64,000 bases of DNA from NCBI GenBank assembly GCA_000999095.1, contig LCFP01000003.1, forward strand, positions 93,437-157,436, given 5' to 3'. Position numbers and translations under genes: made by a program. Below, one piece after another: positions 7,863-18,141 of this stretch (the first letter of the stretch is position 1; the number at the start of each line of letters is the position of its first letter). The notes beneath the pieces are model-generated. The model saw only the letters and a list, made by a program, of their open reading frames with translations. It was not told where the DNA came from and did not search any database. Source of the stretch: Candidatus Gottesmanbacteria bacterium GW2011_GWA2_43_14 (lineage in GTDB: Bacteria > Patescibacteriota > Microgenomatia > 2-02-FULL-39-11).

Positions 7863-8534
7863 TCATCCGGCAGATTGGCGGTAGAGCATGAAAAGCAGAA
7901 AGGAAAGGAGCAGGATAAATACAGTTACAAGGAGATATATGCGGTTGAGGCCCATTACCTTATCAGGTTCCTTTTTCGGTTTGTGTGTCTCATCTTCGCG
8001 TTCTCCGGTCATCGACTGTTCTTTGAGAAAATCAGTTTTGGCCAGCAGGAAGCCGACGGTCGGAGAGTCCAGATAGTTAATATTGATACCCGTAACAGAG
8101 GCAGGCACGACGGTCATAGTATGAAAACCGGCTTTGGTGAAATTTTCCGTGAATGACTTAAGGAAAGTGCTGTTGACGGCGGAAATCAGATAGCCTTTTT
8201 CCAATTTATAGATTTTATGGATATTACTTTCGAAAGGCAGGTGATAAAGAAATTCATCAACCATGGTTTGCTGGTTATCTGTTTTGTCTTCGGCCATATT
8301 TTTTTCCAGGGTAATTTGCTGGGACAGGATATAAATTATTCTGGCAGAAGGCAGTTTGTGGTAATTGATAAAAAGGTTTATCTGCATGGCCAATTCCTTG
8401 TCGTTGACAATCTCCGCATATCTGACCATATTTTCCGGGAATTGGTAGGTATATATCTGGTTATTTTCCGGACTGAAATAATCCAGTTTATTCCTGTCCA
8501 GAAGAATAATGGCGGTGTTTGGTTTAGCGGTCAT
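7863..8534 (-). CDS. hypothetical tail-anchored protein in the pilus operon
   Basis: Single C-terminal TM (IYLLVTVFILLLSFLLFMLY) preceded by a basic stretch. The stop abuts the next gene. No recognisable family; it might be an assembly factor. Confidence 0.4.
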   Translation of the reverse strand: MTAKPNTAIILLDRNKLDYFSPENNQIYTYQFPENMVRYAEIVNDKELAMQINLFINYHKLPSARIIYILSQQITLEKNMAEDKTDNQQTMVDEFLYHLPFESNIHKIYKLEKGYLISAVNSTFLKSFTENFTKAGFHTMTVVPASVTGININYLDSPTVGFLLAKTDFLKEQSMTGEREDETHKPKKEPDKVMGLNRIYLLVTVFILLLSFLLFMLYRQSAG

Positions 8535-8915
8535 TTAAAATATTTCCTTCCATGACGAGAGAGTAACTATATTATTGTTTAAATTCAGATTTACCTCTAC
8601 CTTTTTATTCTTGCCGCCGAAATCAGCTTCAGAAGTGGCGGTTTTAACGGTTGAACCAAGAACTGAAATCCGGCAGCTTCCGCCGTTTATGTTTAATTCT
8701 TCCCCGGTATAGGCAGGATCGCGGATGAGGCGGATAACGGCGTTTTCCATACAGGAATCGGCAATGGATTTGGCTGAGTCGGAAGCTGCAATAAGAGTTG
8801 ACGAAGAAGAATCCAGGATAATCAGGGACACGGCGGCAGTAATGATGGTGACGGTTAACAGCATCAGAAACAGAAGAATAACCATGGCGAATCCCTGCGA
8901 ATTGGTTTTTTTCAT
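8535..8915 (-). CDS. prepilin-like minor pilin / pseudopilin
   Basis: N-terminal QGFAMVILLFLMLL hydrophobic segment after Gly, but with no Glu at +5. 126 aa. 4-nt overlap with its neighbours. Confidence 0.5.
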   Translation of the reverse strand: MKKTNSQGFAMVILLFLMLLTVTIITAAVSLIILDSSSSTLIAASDSAKSIADSCMENAVIRLIRDPAYTGEELNINGGSCRISVLGSTVKTATSEADFGGKNKKVEVNLNLNNNIVTLSSWKEIF

Positions 8916-9391
8916 CTTAAGCCTGCCGTGAAATGATAATTTCCGGTTCTCGTCCCGCCTGATTCCTCAATAAGGCTGCGTAATTCAAATTCTATGCTGA
9001 CTGCGTGTTTGCCACCCGGATTGCCGATTCTTTTGACGGTAAAACTGTTTAAGACGGTGCCGTAGCTGTTTAATTTGCCGGAGGCTGCGCCGCTGTCATA
9101 AATAAGATCGGATGCCGACAGCTGAAAGTTGCGGGTTTGACCGTTGACGTCAAGCTGTAATTGAGATTGGCTGTCTCCCGGATTTGGGGGACTTAAAATT
9201 TGATCAGCCTGAAAGATTTCATTTGTCATTTTCTGCATGATAAACATAGCGTCCTGGGAGCTTAAAGAAGCTGCAGATGATTCTTTTTGCACATCCAGTA
9301 CCGTGGCAATCAACTGTGTAATGAGCGTCAAAAAGGACAGCAGTAAAAAAGTGTAAAGGATAGTTTCAACTAATGTCGATCCGCGCTTCAT
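8912..9391 (-). CDS. prepilin-type minor pilin / pseudopilin
   Basis: MKRGSTLVETILYTFLLL: G then STLVE with Glu5, followed by a hydrophobic helix. Confidence 0.6.
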   Translation of the reverse strand: MKRGSTLVETILYTFLLLSFLTLITQLIATVLDVQKESSAASLSSQDAMFIMQKMTNEIFQADQILSPPNPGDSQSQLQLDVNGQTRNFQLSASDLIYDSGAASGKLNSYGTVLNSFTVKRIGNPGGKHAVSIEFELRSLIEESGGTRTGNYHFTAGLR

Positions 9392-11322
9392 AAAGAATAA
9401 TTTATGGAAACATCATATAAGACAGGGCTTAACAGGTTATCGGCCGAACTTAAATTCGCCCGGTAGCGGAAACATCTGCCGGGATTTATATAAGGTAGGT
9501 AGGTCACGCCAGGAATTGCGGCAGAAGCGTTAAAATAGGTATCTGTTTGTCCGTCGGGGCCGACAAAAGAATATTCGGCTTCCTGGCAATTATTGTTAAC
9601 AGCTTCCGCAGAGGCAACCTGGAGAGTAAGTACGGTTTGGGTGGGCCTGTCGAAAGTAAAGTCCAGGCGGTTAAAGGCAACAGTCCGGCCGGCATCAAAA
9701 GGAGCTGATTCAAAAGTCCCCGACGGGGAAAATTCCCCTCCCGGGCCTCCGGCGATGATTTTAAGTTCAGCTGAGGCATCTCCGGTAATGATATAAGAGT
9801 AATTGTCTCCGTCAGCCTCCGTGACTGAGGAAACGCCGTTGACTCCGCTGTCAATGTTAAATCCGCCGCATTTGGTCAGCGGAGGGTTAACTGATTCTCT
9901 GGAGATATTTACTACCTGGTATTCTTCACCCCCGCGGCCAACGAGGATTGCCCTGTTGCCGGGGACAACGGTAATGCCGGTGGGGTCCATGCCGCCAGCT
10001 TCATAAACAGCCGTAACCGGCCGCAAGCCTGTTTTTTCCTCGATATTGAGAACGAAAAATTCCGGAGCGGAAGCTGAGGCTTCGATTGCCAAGTAGGCTC
10101 GGCTGGCGGAACTGTTGATAAAAACATCTTTTCCGCCTGAAGCCGATAAATTCGTCCAGCCGACTACATTTAAAGTCCGGCCGTCCGGGCTGACTTCAAT
10201 AATCTGCATTTGAGTTGAAGCAGAATTAACAGCCACATAAGCGTAATTGCCCACAACAACAACCTTTTCACCGGTTCCCGCCAAAGAGACTGATCCAAGC
10301 TGGGGCCTTGACCCTATTTTCGAGCTTATATCAAAGGTATATAAAGTATCGGCAACTGTGGCAAATCCAATATTACCCGAAGTGTAAATACTTTCACCGT
10401 CAGAAATCCCGGGAGCATCAAAAAAACCAACCTCGGCGAATTTTCCGTAGGCATCCTGGTTTTCCAGATCAATGATGATTATTTCCTTGGCATTGGTATC
10501 GGTCGTTAAATAAGCATAACTTTCCTCGCCGAAAACACCATTGGTCTTGTAACCGTCAAATGTGCCATTGATGGTTCCGACAGGCGGCGCCGGAGAAGGC
10601 GGATTGCTGATGTCAACATGTGCGAAAGAAACTCCGGAGGCGTTGTTTCCGGTCCCTGAAACAACCTGTCCTTCGATGGCGGAAACCGCATTGGCAACTC
10701 CGTTTTTAGGCAGATCGACTGACTGGATGGTCAGATTGGGATTGCACCAGCCGGCAACACCCCCCGAGCCCAGCATGATTTCGCCTCCTAAATCAGCAGA
10801 AATGACCGCACCTGATATACTTCCCTGTTCAAAATCTACAACTGTTGTTTCCGTATATGACAGGTTATTTTGAAACCTGGCGAGGTAAAAGGTTTGCGAG
10901 ATATCCCCGGGATGGGGCAACACCCAGGAAACTTCGGCTGTTATTTTTTTCGTGGAAGGATCCGCCAAGCCTGCCGATTTTATGGCGCCGGAAGAGTCAC
11001 GGTAGGCATCTTCGATAGTCAGGCTTCTGGTAAAACCATTGATTGATTCACTGCCGGTAGCCAAAACAAAACTTGTGCCTGATACTTCAGGATGGTAAAG
11101 ACCGTTGGTTCCGATTTCCTGCCAGTCCCTTTCGCGGATTATTCTGACGGCTTCTTCCGCTTCCCTGACCAGGGTTTGGGCTTCCAACCGTTGGGAAAGT
11201 TGGCCCCTGCCTTCCCTTGAAGCAATTATTCCGCTGAAAATGGCCGGGAAAAGAAGAGTCATCAAAGCGACAGCGATTAGTAGTTCGATGATTGACTGGC
11301 CGCAATTTTTTCTATCAGTCAT
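9388..11322 (-). CDS. large (644 aa) prepilin-like protein, candidate pilus tip/adhesin minor pilin
   Basis: CGQSIIELLIAVALMTLL prepilin signal (G then QSIIE), followed by a roughly 600-aa beta-rich domain rich in Gly/Ser/Thr/Asn. Confidence 0.55.
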   Translation of the reverse strand: MTDRKNCGQSIIELLIAVALMTLLFPAIFSGIIASREGRGQLSQRLEAQTLVREAEEAVRIIRERDWQEIGTNGLYHPEVSGTSFVLATGSESINGFTRSLTIEDAYRDSSGAIKSAGLADPSTKKITAEVSWVLPHPGDISQTFYLARFQNNLSYTETTVVDFEQGSISGAVISADLGGEIMLGSGGVAGWCNPNLTIQSVDLPKNGVANAVSAIEGQVVSGTGNNASGVSFAHVDISNPPSPAPPVGTINGTFDGYKTNGVFGEESYAYLTTDTNAKEIIIIDLENQDAYGKFAEVGFFDAPGISDGESIYTSGNIGFATVADTLYTFDISSKIGSRPQLGSVSLAGTGEKVVVVGNYAYVAVNSASTQMQIIEVSPDGRTLNVVGWTNLSASGGKDVFINSSASRAYLAIEASASAPEFFVLNIEEKTGLRPVTAVYEAGGMDPTGITVVPGNRAILVGRGGEEYQVVNISRESVNPPLTKCGGFNIDSGVNGVSSVTEADGDNYSYIITGDASAELKIIAGGPGGEFSPSGTFESAPFDAGRTVAFNRLDFTFDRPTQTVLTLQVASAEAVNNNCQEAEYSFVGPDGQTDTYFNASAAIPGVTYLPYINPGRCFRYRANLSSADNLLSPVLYDVSINYSL

Positions 11323-11323
11323 C

Positions 11324-11824
11324 TTAATTTACGGAAATAACCGTCCCCCAGGCGTTTAAAGTCAGCATCCTGCTGACGTTGGTAACACTGTTTAATAAAG
11401 AAACGGAATTTTGACCTGCATCATAAACCGCAGCTTCACCTGTTCCGGCTGAAAAAATCACTGATTGCTGGGGTAAATTAATATTATTAAAAATTAAATC
11501 ATCGTTCAGATTGATGACGTGATTTGAAGGATCGGAGGAGGAATAGGAAGTCCCGGCAAAGAGGGTGTAGGAATTTTCTGAAAAATATATCCCGTATTCG
11601 GAAGCTGTGCCGCCATTTGCCTGCCCGCTTAAAGCTTTGAGCTGTTGTTGCCTTAAATCAGCAGACAGGGTGGTAATTTGCGTATTAAGCGATGAGCGGG
11701 GACGGGCATTGGACAAATTTAAAGAGACAACCGCATATAAAAGGATAAGTATAGACATGACGATAGTCAGCTCAATGAGGGAAAAACCATTTTGTGCCGG
11801 CCTGATATCTTTCAATTTGCTCAT
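11324..11824 (-). CDS. prepilin-type minor pilin / pseudopilin
   Basis: QNGFSLIELTIVMSILILL: G then FSLIE with Glu5. Confidence 0.6.
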   Translation of the reverse strand: MSKLKDIRPAQNGFSLIELTIVMSILILLYAVVSLNLSNARPRSSLNTQITTLSADLRQQQLKALSGQANGGTASEYGIYFSENSYTLFAGTSYSSSDPSNHVINLNDDLIFNNINLPQQSVIFSAGTGEAAVYDAGQNSVSLLNSVTNVSRMLTLNAWGTVISVN

Positions 11825-12873
11825 CTGATACCTACCTGACCGATAAGTCCGTAAATGGGAGCAATAATTGCCATCATCATGCCGCCGACCAGGACTCCCA
11901 CCACTAATAGCATGACCGGTTCCAGAAGGGCGGTAAAGGTCCTTAAGGATTTGGAAACCTGATAATCCATATAATCGGATATTTCCTGCATTGATTTCTC
12001 CAAAGCCCCGCTTTTCTCCCCGACTTCCATGAGTTTGATCATAATCGAGGGAATTATGCCTTTGCCCAATTTAAATCCTTCGGACAGTTTTTTGCCTGCC
12101 GCCACCATTTCCCCTGAAGCCACGATGATTTTGTAGGTATCCCGGCTGATAACGACATCCTTGGTCAGATCAAGGGCAGAAATAATGGGCACACCGGCAT
12201 GGAGAAGCAGGGAAAAACTGCGGGAAAAACGCGTCAAGTCCATCTCTCTCACCAGGCCTGAGATTACCGGCAGGTGAATAAGAGGAGCGAGGATCAAATG
12301 GCGGTGATTGCGGAAGAGATAGGCAACAACTGCGGCGGAAACCCCCATAACCACGAATACCATGAGTGTATTTTTAACCAGCAAATCGGAGAGGGCAATC
12401 AAAATTTTCGTCGGCATCGGCAGTTCCATCCTCAGGCGGAGAAAGACCGAAGAAATTTTGGGAACGACCACGACCAGCATTAAAAGGAGCACACCCAAAA
12501 AAACCATGCCGATTAAAACGGGATAGATCATGGCTGATTTTACTTTATCGGAAAACTCCATCTCTTTTTGGATGTTGCTTTTCAAATCCTGGAGGGTGGT
12601 TTCGAGGGTACCCGCCTCTTCCGATGCTTTCAGCAGATTAACGGTTACGGCATCGAAAACCAGGGGAAATCTGGAGAAGGAGTTATACAGATGGTTGCCC
12701 TGGGAAACATCCTCTTTGACTATTTCCAGAAATTTTTTATGCTTGCCACGGGCATCCTCCAGAAGGGCGTCAATTGCTTCCAGCAGTGAGATGCCGGCTG
12801 AGAGCATGGTAGACAAATTCTGGATCAGTGAAATTTTTTCACCGCTGTTCAGGCTGATACCGGATGTTTTCAT
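11821..12873 (-). CDS. pilC: type IV pilus inner-membrane platform protein PilC (GspF family)
   Basis: Two T2SSF-like repeats (LSTMLSAGISLLEAIDAL and FSLLLHAGVPIISALDLT) plus TM helices. 4-nt overlaps on both sides. Confidence 0.8.
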   Translation of the reverse strand: MKTSGISLNSGEKISLIQNLSTMLSAGISLLEAIDALLEDARGKHKKFLEIVKEDVSQGNHLYNSFSRFPLVFDAVTVNLLKASEEAGTLETTLQDLKSNIQKEMEFSDKVKSAMIYPVLIGMVFLGVLLLMLVVVVPKISSVFLRLRMELPMPTKILIALSDLLVKNTLMVFVVMGVSAAVVAYLFRNHRHLILAPLIHLPVISGLVREMDLTRFSRSFSLLLHAGVPIISALDLTKDVVISRDTYKIIVASGEMVAAGKKLSEGFKLGKGIIPSIMIKLMEVGEKSGALEKSMQEISDYMDYQVSKSLRTFTALLEPVMLLVVGVLVGGMMMAIIAPIYGLIGQVGIR

Positions 12874-14558
12874 ATGGTTTCCACTTTGGTTACTCTCAAG
12901 ACTTCTTCGATGGTTGTTATGCCGCGGGCAACTTTGTTCAGGCCGTCGGCCAGCATGGTTTTCATACCTTCTTTAACCGCCTGCCGGTTGATAATGTCAG
13001 CATCGCAGCGCGTTGTAATCAGTTTGCGGATTTCAGATGAAATTTCCAGGATTTCGAAGATGCCGATGCGGCCTTCATAGCCGGTATTGTGGCATATTTT
13101 GCAGCCCTGACCCTGAAAAACAATGAAGCTTTTCTGGTCGGGGAAGGTATTTAAAATGATCTCAACAGGGATCCTTTGGGCCAAATCATTCATGGTCAAT
13201 GTAACCGGCATGCGGCACATATCGCAGATTTTCCGAACCAGTCGCTGGGCAATTATCAGATTAACGGTTGAGGCTACCAGAAATGGCTCTACTTTCATAT
13301 CAATCAGCCTGGGTATTGATGCGGACGCATCATTGGTATGAAGCGTGGAAAAAACCAGATGGCCTGTCAGGGCGGCGTTGACGGCGATGCCGGCAGTTTC
13401 ATTATCCCGGATTTCGCCGACAAAAATGACATTGGGATCCTGCCGGAGGATAGACCTTAAACCATTGGCGAATGTCAAATTGGTTTTGATATTGACCTGG
13501 ATCTGGTTTGCCCCGGCAATGCGGTATTCTACCGGGTCTTCAATGGTGGTGATGTTTCTTTCCCTGATGTTGATCTGTTTCAGGAGGGTATAAATAATGG
13601 TTGTTTTGCCTGAACCTGTCGGACCGGTTGAAAGTATCATGCCGTAAGATTTCCCCAGTGCTTTATTGATTTTTTTCAGCTCCGAATCATCCACCCCGAG
13701 ATTGGACAGGGAAAACTGTTTCTTTTTTGAGGAGAGCAGTCTTAAGACAACTTTCTCTCCGTCAGCTACCGGAATGATTGAAACTCTGATGTCCAGAACT
13801 TCATATGGTGTTGTCAGTCTCATTTTTCCGTCCTGGGCGCTTAAATGCTCATCCGTCCTCAGTTTGGAGAGGACTTTGATACGGGAGACAATGCGGACGT
13901 GCAAATTTTTCGGCAGTCTTAAAGCGTCATGCAAAAGTCCGTCGATGCGGAAGCGGATTAGCAGATTTTTTTCTTCCGGCTCGATGTGGATATCGGAAGC
14001 TTTATCCTGGTAAGCATAATCAACAATCAGGTCGACGATTTTTGAAACCGGAGCCTCATCCAAAATGGCCGTATTATTGATGTCGATTTCTTCATTTATC
14101 AGGTTTTCACAGGCTGTCTGCAGGTCTTTGCGTAATAATCTTAAAGCGTTGAGAATGTCCTTTTCCGTGGCAAAATAAGGGATGATATTCAGGCCGGTTT
14201 TTTTGGAAAGCATCTCAATCGTCAGTTTATCGGTCGGGTCATTCATGGCTATTTTGAGGCCATTGGCGTCCTTGCCGAAAGCGATGGATTTAAGTTTGCG
14301 CGCGACTTTTTCCGGTGTCACCAGGAATAGTTCTTCGGGGATGGCAGTCCGGGAAAGAATGACGAAAGGAAATCCCAGTGACTGGGCAATCATTTGGCCG
14401 ATGATTTCGTCAGAAGCGATGTTCTTGTCCAGGACGGCATCATAAAAACTGATATTAGAGCTTTTGGCCATCATGGCCAAATCTTCAAGATCGCTTTCCT
14501 TGGCCAGGGAATTCTGGATGAGGATATTTTTAATCCGTGAATCAGGTACGGCTAACAT
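12870..14558 (-). CDS. pilB: type IV pilus assembly ATPase PilB (GspE family)
   Basis: Walker A GPTGSGKTT, Asp box IFVGEIRD, His box LVFSTLHTND, and a C-terminal tetracysteine (CDMC...CKICHNTG). Confidence 0.9.
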   Translation of the reverse strand: MLAVPDSRIKNILIQNSLAKESDLEDLAMMAKSSNISFYDAVLDKNIASDEIIGQMIAQSLGFPFVILSRTAIPEELFLVTPEKVARKLKSIAFGKDANGLKIAMNDPTDKLTIEMLSKKTGLNIIPYFATEKDILNALRLLRKDLQTACENLINEEIDINNTAILDEAPVSKIVDLIVDYAYQDKASDIHIEPEEKNLLIRFRIDGLLHDALRLPKNLHVRIVSRIKVLSKLRTDEHLSAQDGKMRLTTPYEVLDIRVSIIPVADGEKVVLRLLSSKKKQFSLSNLGVDDSELKKINKALGKSYGMILSTGPTGSGKTTIIYTLLKQINIRERNITTIEDPVEYRIAGANQIQVNIKTNLTFANGLRSILRQDPNVIFVGEIRDNETAGIAVNAALTGHLVFSTLHTNDASASIPRLIDMKVEPFLVASTVNLIIAQRLVRKICDMCRMPVTLTMNDLAQRIPVEIILNTFPDQKSFIVFQGQGCKICHNTGYEGRIGIFEILEISSEIRKLITTRCDADIINRQAVKEGMKTMLADGLNKVARGITTIEEVLRVTKVETI

Positions 14559-14630
14559 AGCAATAGAAGGAGAGATTTTCTCCCTGATTTAACTATAGAA
14601 CATTCCGGCGGAATTGGGGAAGAGTCGGCT

Positions 14631-15056
14631 TTAATTGTAGGTTTTTATGCGGTAGTTTTTGACGGCTTGCCGGCCGTTTTTAAGCCGGGCGGTGATGGTT
14701 AATACGGCATTTTTGATGCCCGTGTGATAAGTACAGACGGAAGTTGAACAGGTGCCGAAAAGGAGTTCGCGGGTCTTAAACGGATCATTGGCAGCTGAAA
14801 TTGTGCCGCCGACACCTTCATTTTTGCCGCTTGCGGTATAGGTCAGGGAATATGAAGCCGAATCGATATTATTTATGTTGGTAAATTGCAGGAAAAGAGC
14901 GCGTTTATCTGACCGGTATTTGACGGAAGCAGGAATCAGCGCCGTACCGGTTGTTTTTCTTGAAGGGGCGCTTTTGGGGACGAATTTTTTCGCCGCAGAA
15001 ACGGATGAAGGCAAAATCAGGAAAATAATCGGAAAAATAAAGCCAATTATCTTCAT
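14631..15056 (-). CDS. secreted hypothetical protein
   Basis: Signal peptide MKIIGFIFPIIFLILPSSVSAAKK, then a beta-rich region with conserved Cys. Confidence 0.4.
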   Translation of the reverse strand: MKIIGFIFPIIFLILPSSVSAAKKFVPKSAPSRKTTGTALIPASVKYRSDKRALFLQFTNINNIDSASYSLTYTASGKNEGVGGTISAANDPFKTRELLFGTCSTSVCTYHTGIKNAVLTITARLKNGRQAVKNYRIKTYN

Positions 15057-15079
15057 GTATCCGACATTATAAGATATAC

Positions 15080-15700
15080 TTGACTGATATGAAAACTAAA
15101 ATACCGCTTTACGTTCTGATCGGGTTAATTTTTCTGGTTATATCCGGCGGTACTTATGTTTCAGTCCGCGGCAGAATGACCAAACCGGAAAAACCGCCAA
15201 TTGCCGCTAACCCGATTCCCTCTCCGGTTGAGACTGCTGATTGGGAAGACCAGTCTGAATTTAAATTCAGTTATCCGAAGAACCTTAAATTAAACCCTCA
15301 TGATGAAGATACGGAAAACTATGCCAATCTGGAGTTAAGCAAAAGCAATCATCCGGGAAGTATTGTCTTATGGACAAAAGATACCCGGGCTTCCGACATT
15401 AAAGAATGGCTGATAAAAGAAAAAATAGCTAATGTCATCGAGACGGAACTGGACGGTTATCCGGCAGTCAAGGTTTTGAGCCAAGGAGAGAGCAAAAAAT
15501 TGACCGTCTCTGCCATCCGTTCAGGCTATCTATACCAGATCGAAGCAAATTTAACAGATGAAAAATATTGGCAGCCTGTTTTTGATTCTGTTCTAGCCTC
15601 GTACAAATTCCTGGACACTGAGAAAACGCAGATAGTCCCAAAGGATTCAGGAGGCGGACAAACAGAGATAATTTACGAAGCTGAAGAAGTAATTGAATAA
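15080..15700 (+). CDS. membrane-anchored hypothetical protein
   Basis: N-terminal TM (IPLYVLIGLIFLVISGG). No family recognised. Confidence 0.4.
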   Translation: MTDMKTKIPLYVLIGLIFLVISGGTYVSVRGRMTKPEKPPIAANPIPSPVETADWEDQSEFKFSYPKNLKLNPHDEDTENYANLELSKSNHPGSIVLWTKDTRASDIKEWLIKEKIANVIETELDGYPAVKVLSQGESKKLTVSAIRSGYLYQIEANLTDEKYWQPVFDSVLASYKFLDTEKTQIVPKDSGGGQTEIIYEAEEVIE

Positions 15701-15703
15701 CTG

Positions 15704-16942
15704 ATGGAGCAATATTTTTTTATCCCCGGCCGTTATCCGGCTCTGACTTTAGCGGAAATTATATCCGCTTTTAAAGAAGAAGGCCTTTTATACGACCTGC
15801 TGCTTTTTTCAAAAGAAGCTGCCGTCTTTTCCGTCAACGGACTTTCCGATATAAAAACCTTCAGCGGCAAATTGGGTGGGGTTGTCAAATCCGGCCGGGT
15901 GCTGGATGAAATTCTTTTTTCAGACAACGAGGATAAATTCAATTATATTTTTACAGCCGCTTTTCTAAAAGAAAAAGGCGTCCTTCTAAATTCCGGGAAA
16001 ATCAAATTTGCCTTAAGTCTCTATCAGGCTGGTGCCGATGCCGAAATCTTCAGCCGACTGGAAAAAAAACTGACAGAATTGCATGTGCATCTTAAGGACA
16101 ACCTGAAGAGCGAAAATATTAAAGCCGGATTTATCAGGATTAAAAACCGCCAGACCCAAAGCGTTTCCCTGGTTAAAAACAGTGTCTTAAAAAGCGGCTT
16201 TGAATTAAGTCTGGTGGCATCCGCCCACAGCCTGTTTGTCGGACGAACAGAGTGGGTTCAGGATTTTGAAGGCTTTGCCAGGCGTGATTTTTACAAACCC
16301 GCTAAAGACAAGCGATCAGGCATCATGCCGGTAAAATTGGCCAGAATGATGTTGAATCTTTCAGGTAAAGGAGAGTCCTCAGCGGTTGCGGACCCGTTTG
16401 CCGGTTCTGGTACCATAATTTTGGAAGCTGCGATAATGGGTTTCAGCAAAATATACGGCAGCGATATAAGCAGTAAAGCTGTCGGGGATATCAGAACTAA
16501 TTTAAACTGGCTGACTGGTAAACAGGCAAACGTCAATCTGTTTGTTTCTGATGTTGCCCGCCTTTCCCAAAAGTTACAGGCGCAGTCGATCGATGCTTTT
16601 GTGACAGAACCTTACCTGGGTCCGCCTCTTCATAAATTTCCGACACCTGAAGGCATAAACCGCTTATTCCGCGATTTAACGCCTTTATACCGGGCGGCTT
16701 TCACAAATTTCCGGAAACTATTGAAAAAAGACGGCCGGGTGGTCATCATTTTCCCGGCTTTTATCCTGTCGGGAAGATTAAAGTTATTTGAATTGGGGCC
16801 GATTGCGGATGATTTTGAACCTGTCCATCTCCTTCGGGAATTAAAAATAGCGCATGCCGATATAACCGTCAGGGGAAGTTTTCTCTACCGGAGTATAAAC
16901 CAATTTTTAATCAGGGAAATTGCACTTTTTGCCCGGAAATAA
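15704..16942 (+). CDS. putative RNA methyltransferase (THUMP-associated, RlmL/Trm14-like class I MTase)
   Basis: DPFAGSGTIILEAAIMG (SAM motif I as in RlmL/Trm14) and VTEPYLGPPL (motif IV, NPPY-like). Confidence 0.5.
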   Translation: MEQYFFIPGRYPALTLAEIISAFKEEGLLYDLLLFSKEAAVFSVNGLSDIKTFSGKLGGVVKSGRVLDEILFSDNEDKFNYIFTAAFLKEKGVLLNSGKIKFALSLYQAGADAEIFSRLEKKLTELHVHLKDNLKSENIKAGFIRIKNRQTQSVSLVKNSVLKSGFELSLVASAHSLFVGRTEWVQDFEGFARRDFYKPAKDKRSGIMPVKLARMMLNLSGKGESSAVADPFAGSGTIILEAAIMGFSKIYGSDISSKAVGDIRTNLNWLTGKQANVNLFVSDVARLSQKLQAQSIDAFVTEPYLGPPLHKFPTPEGINRLFRDLTPLYRAAFTNFRKLLKKDGRVVIIFPAFILSGRLKLFELGPIADDFEPVHLLRELKIAHADITVRGSFLYRSINQFLIREIALFARK

Positions 16943-16974
16943 CAAACAGAAGGTAAAAGGACTATAATAGTTTA

Positions 16975-17088
16975 ATGCCGGACGGCTCACAGATGAAAAT
17001 AGTCTATCTCCTGGCGGCCTTTATCGGTTCTTTACTTTTATACCTTTTGTATCTTATACTTTTCACTCCCAACGGGATTTTGACATAA
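16975..17088 (+). CDS. 37-aa hydrophobic small ORF
   Basis: I translated MPDGSQMKIVYLLAAFIGSLLLYLLYLILFTPNGILT, a single predicted TM helix. Below the ORF-track threshold. Speculative. Confidence 0.2.
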   Translation: MPDGSQMKIVYLLAAFIGSLLLYLLYLILFTPNGILT

Positions 17089-17091
17089 TTT

Positions 17092-17529
17092 ATGATGATT
17101 GTTGAGAAACTTCAAAAGGATATGACTCAGGCCTTAAAAAACGGCGACAAGCCGACCCTTTCAGTCCTGAGAATGATACTTTCCCAGATTAATTATGCCA
17201 GAATCGACAAGAAAGAAGATTTAAGCGATGACGAACTGATTCTTCTTTTAAGAAAAGAAATTAAAAAGCGGCAGGAATCAGTTGTGCTATATAAAAAGGG
17301 CCAGCGTGAGGAACTGGCCGAAAAGGAACTTCAGGAGATCGCCGTCATTAAAAAATATCTGCCTGAAGAAATTTCAGAAGAAGAGCTTATCAAAATTATT
17401 AATAAAATTGCGGATTCGGGCGGCGGAGATAATCCCGGCAAGCTGATCGGCATGGTTTTGGCCGAGGTTAAAGGCAAAGCAGACGGTTCCCGGGTTGCCG
17501 CCCTTGTTAAGGAAAGGATAAAAAAATGA
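17092..17529 (+). CDS. GatB/YqeY domain protein
   Basis: About 145 aa with LQKDMTQALKNGDK...LSVLRMILSQI, resembling the YqeY family. Confidence 0.65.
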   Translation: MMIVEKLQKDMTQALKNGDKPTLSVLRMILSQINYARIDKKEDLSDDELILLLRKEIKKRQESVVLYKKGQREELAEKELQEIAVIKKYLPEEISEEELIKIINKIADSGGGDNPGKLIGMVLAEVKGKADGSRVAALVKERIKK

Positions 17530-18140
17530 TGCCCAGAAAAAGCGTTAAAAAAAAAGTTGATTTGAAAAAACTGCTGACCCCTAAAAATTATCTGGTTGCG
17601 GGTATTATTCTTTTGGTTGCGGCTTTTTGGTTCTTCCGCAATTATTTTATCGTAGCCACCATAAACGGACAGCCCATTTCGCGATTCGAGTTGAGCGGTC
17701 GTTTATACAGCCAGTTCGGGGATCAGATTCTCGAATCCTTAATCAATGAAAGACTGATAATGGGAGCCGCCCGCCAACAGGGTATTTTTGTCACGGCCGA
17801 AGAACTTGATGCCAGACAAAATGAAATAGAGGAGAAAATCCAGGAACAGATGTCGCTTGAGGAAGCCCTTAAGCTTCAGGGTTTGACACCGACAACATTC
17901 AGAAGACAATTGGAAATCCAGCTGTCAATCGAAAAAATGTTTGAAAAGGAGTCGACCGTTTCAGCTGAGGAAATTGACAATTATGTGACTGACAATGCCG
18001 CTCTTTTCCAGGAGTCTACCGATGCCGCCAAGATGAAGAAGGACGCAACAGAGATACTGAAGCAGCAGAAGCTTAATGAAAAATACCAAACCTGGTTTGA
18101 AAAAGTTAAACAGGAGGCCAAAGTAACCAAGAATATCTGA
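17526..18140 (+). CDS. SurA N-terminal-domain-like chaperone (PrsA/PpiD-like, no PPIase domain)
   Basis: N-terminal TM, then ATINGQPISRFELSGRL...ILESLINERL, typical of the SurA_N domain. Confidence 0.45.
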   Translation: MMPRKSVKKKVDLKKLLTPKNYLVAGIILLVAAFWFFRNYFIVATINGQPISRFELSGRLYSQFGDQILESLINERLIMGAARQQGIFVTAEELDARQNEIEEKIQEQMSLEEALKLQGLTPTTFRRQLEIQLSIEKMFEKESTVSAEEIDNYVTDNAALFQESTDAAKMKKDATEILKQQKLNEKYQTWFEKVKQEAKVTKNI

Positions 18141-18141
18141 C

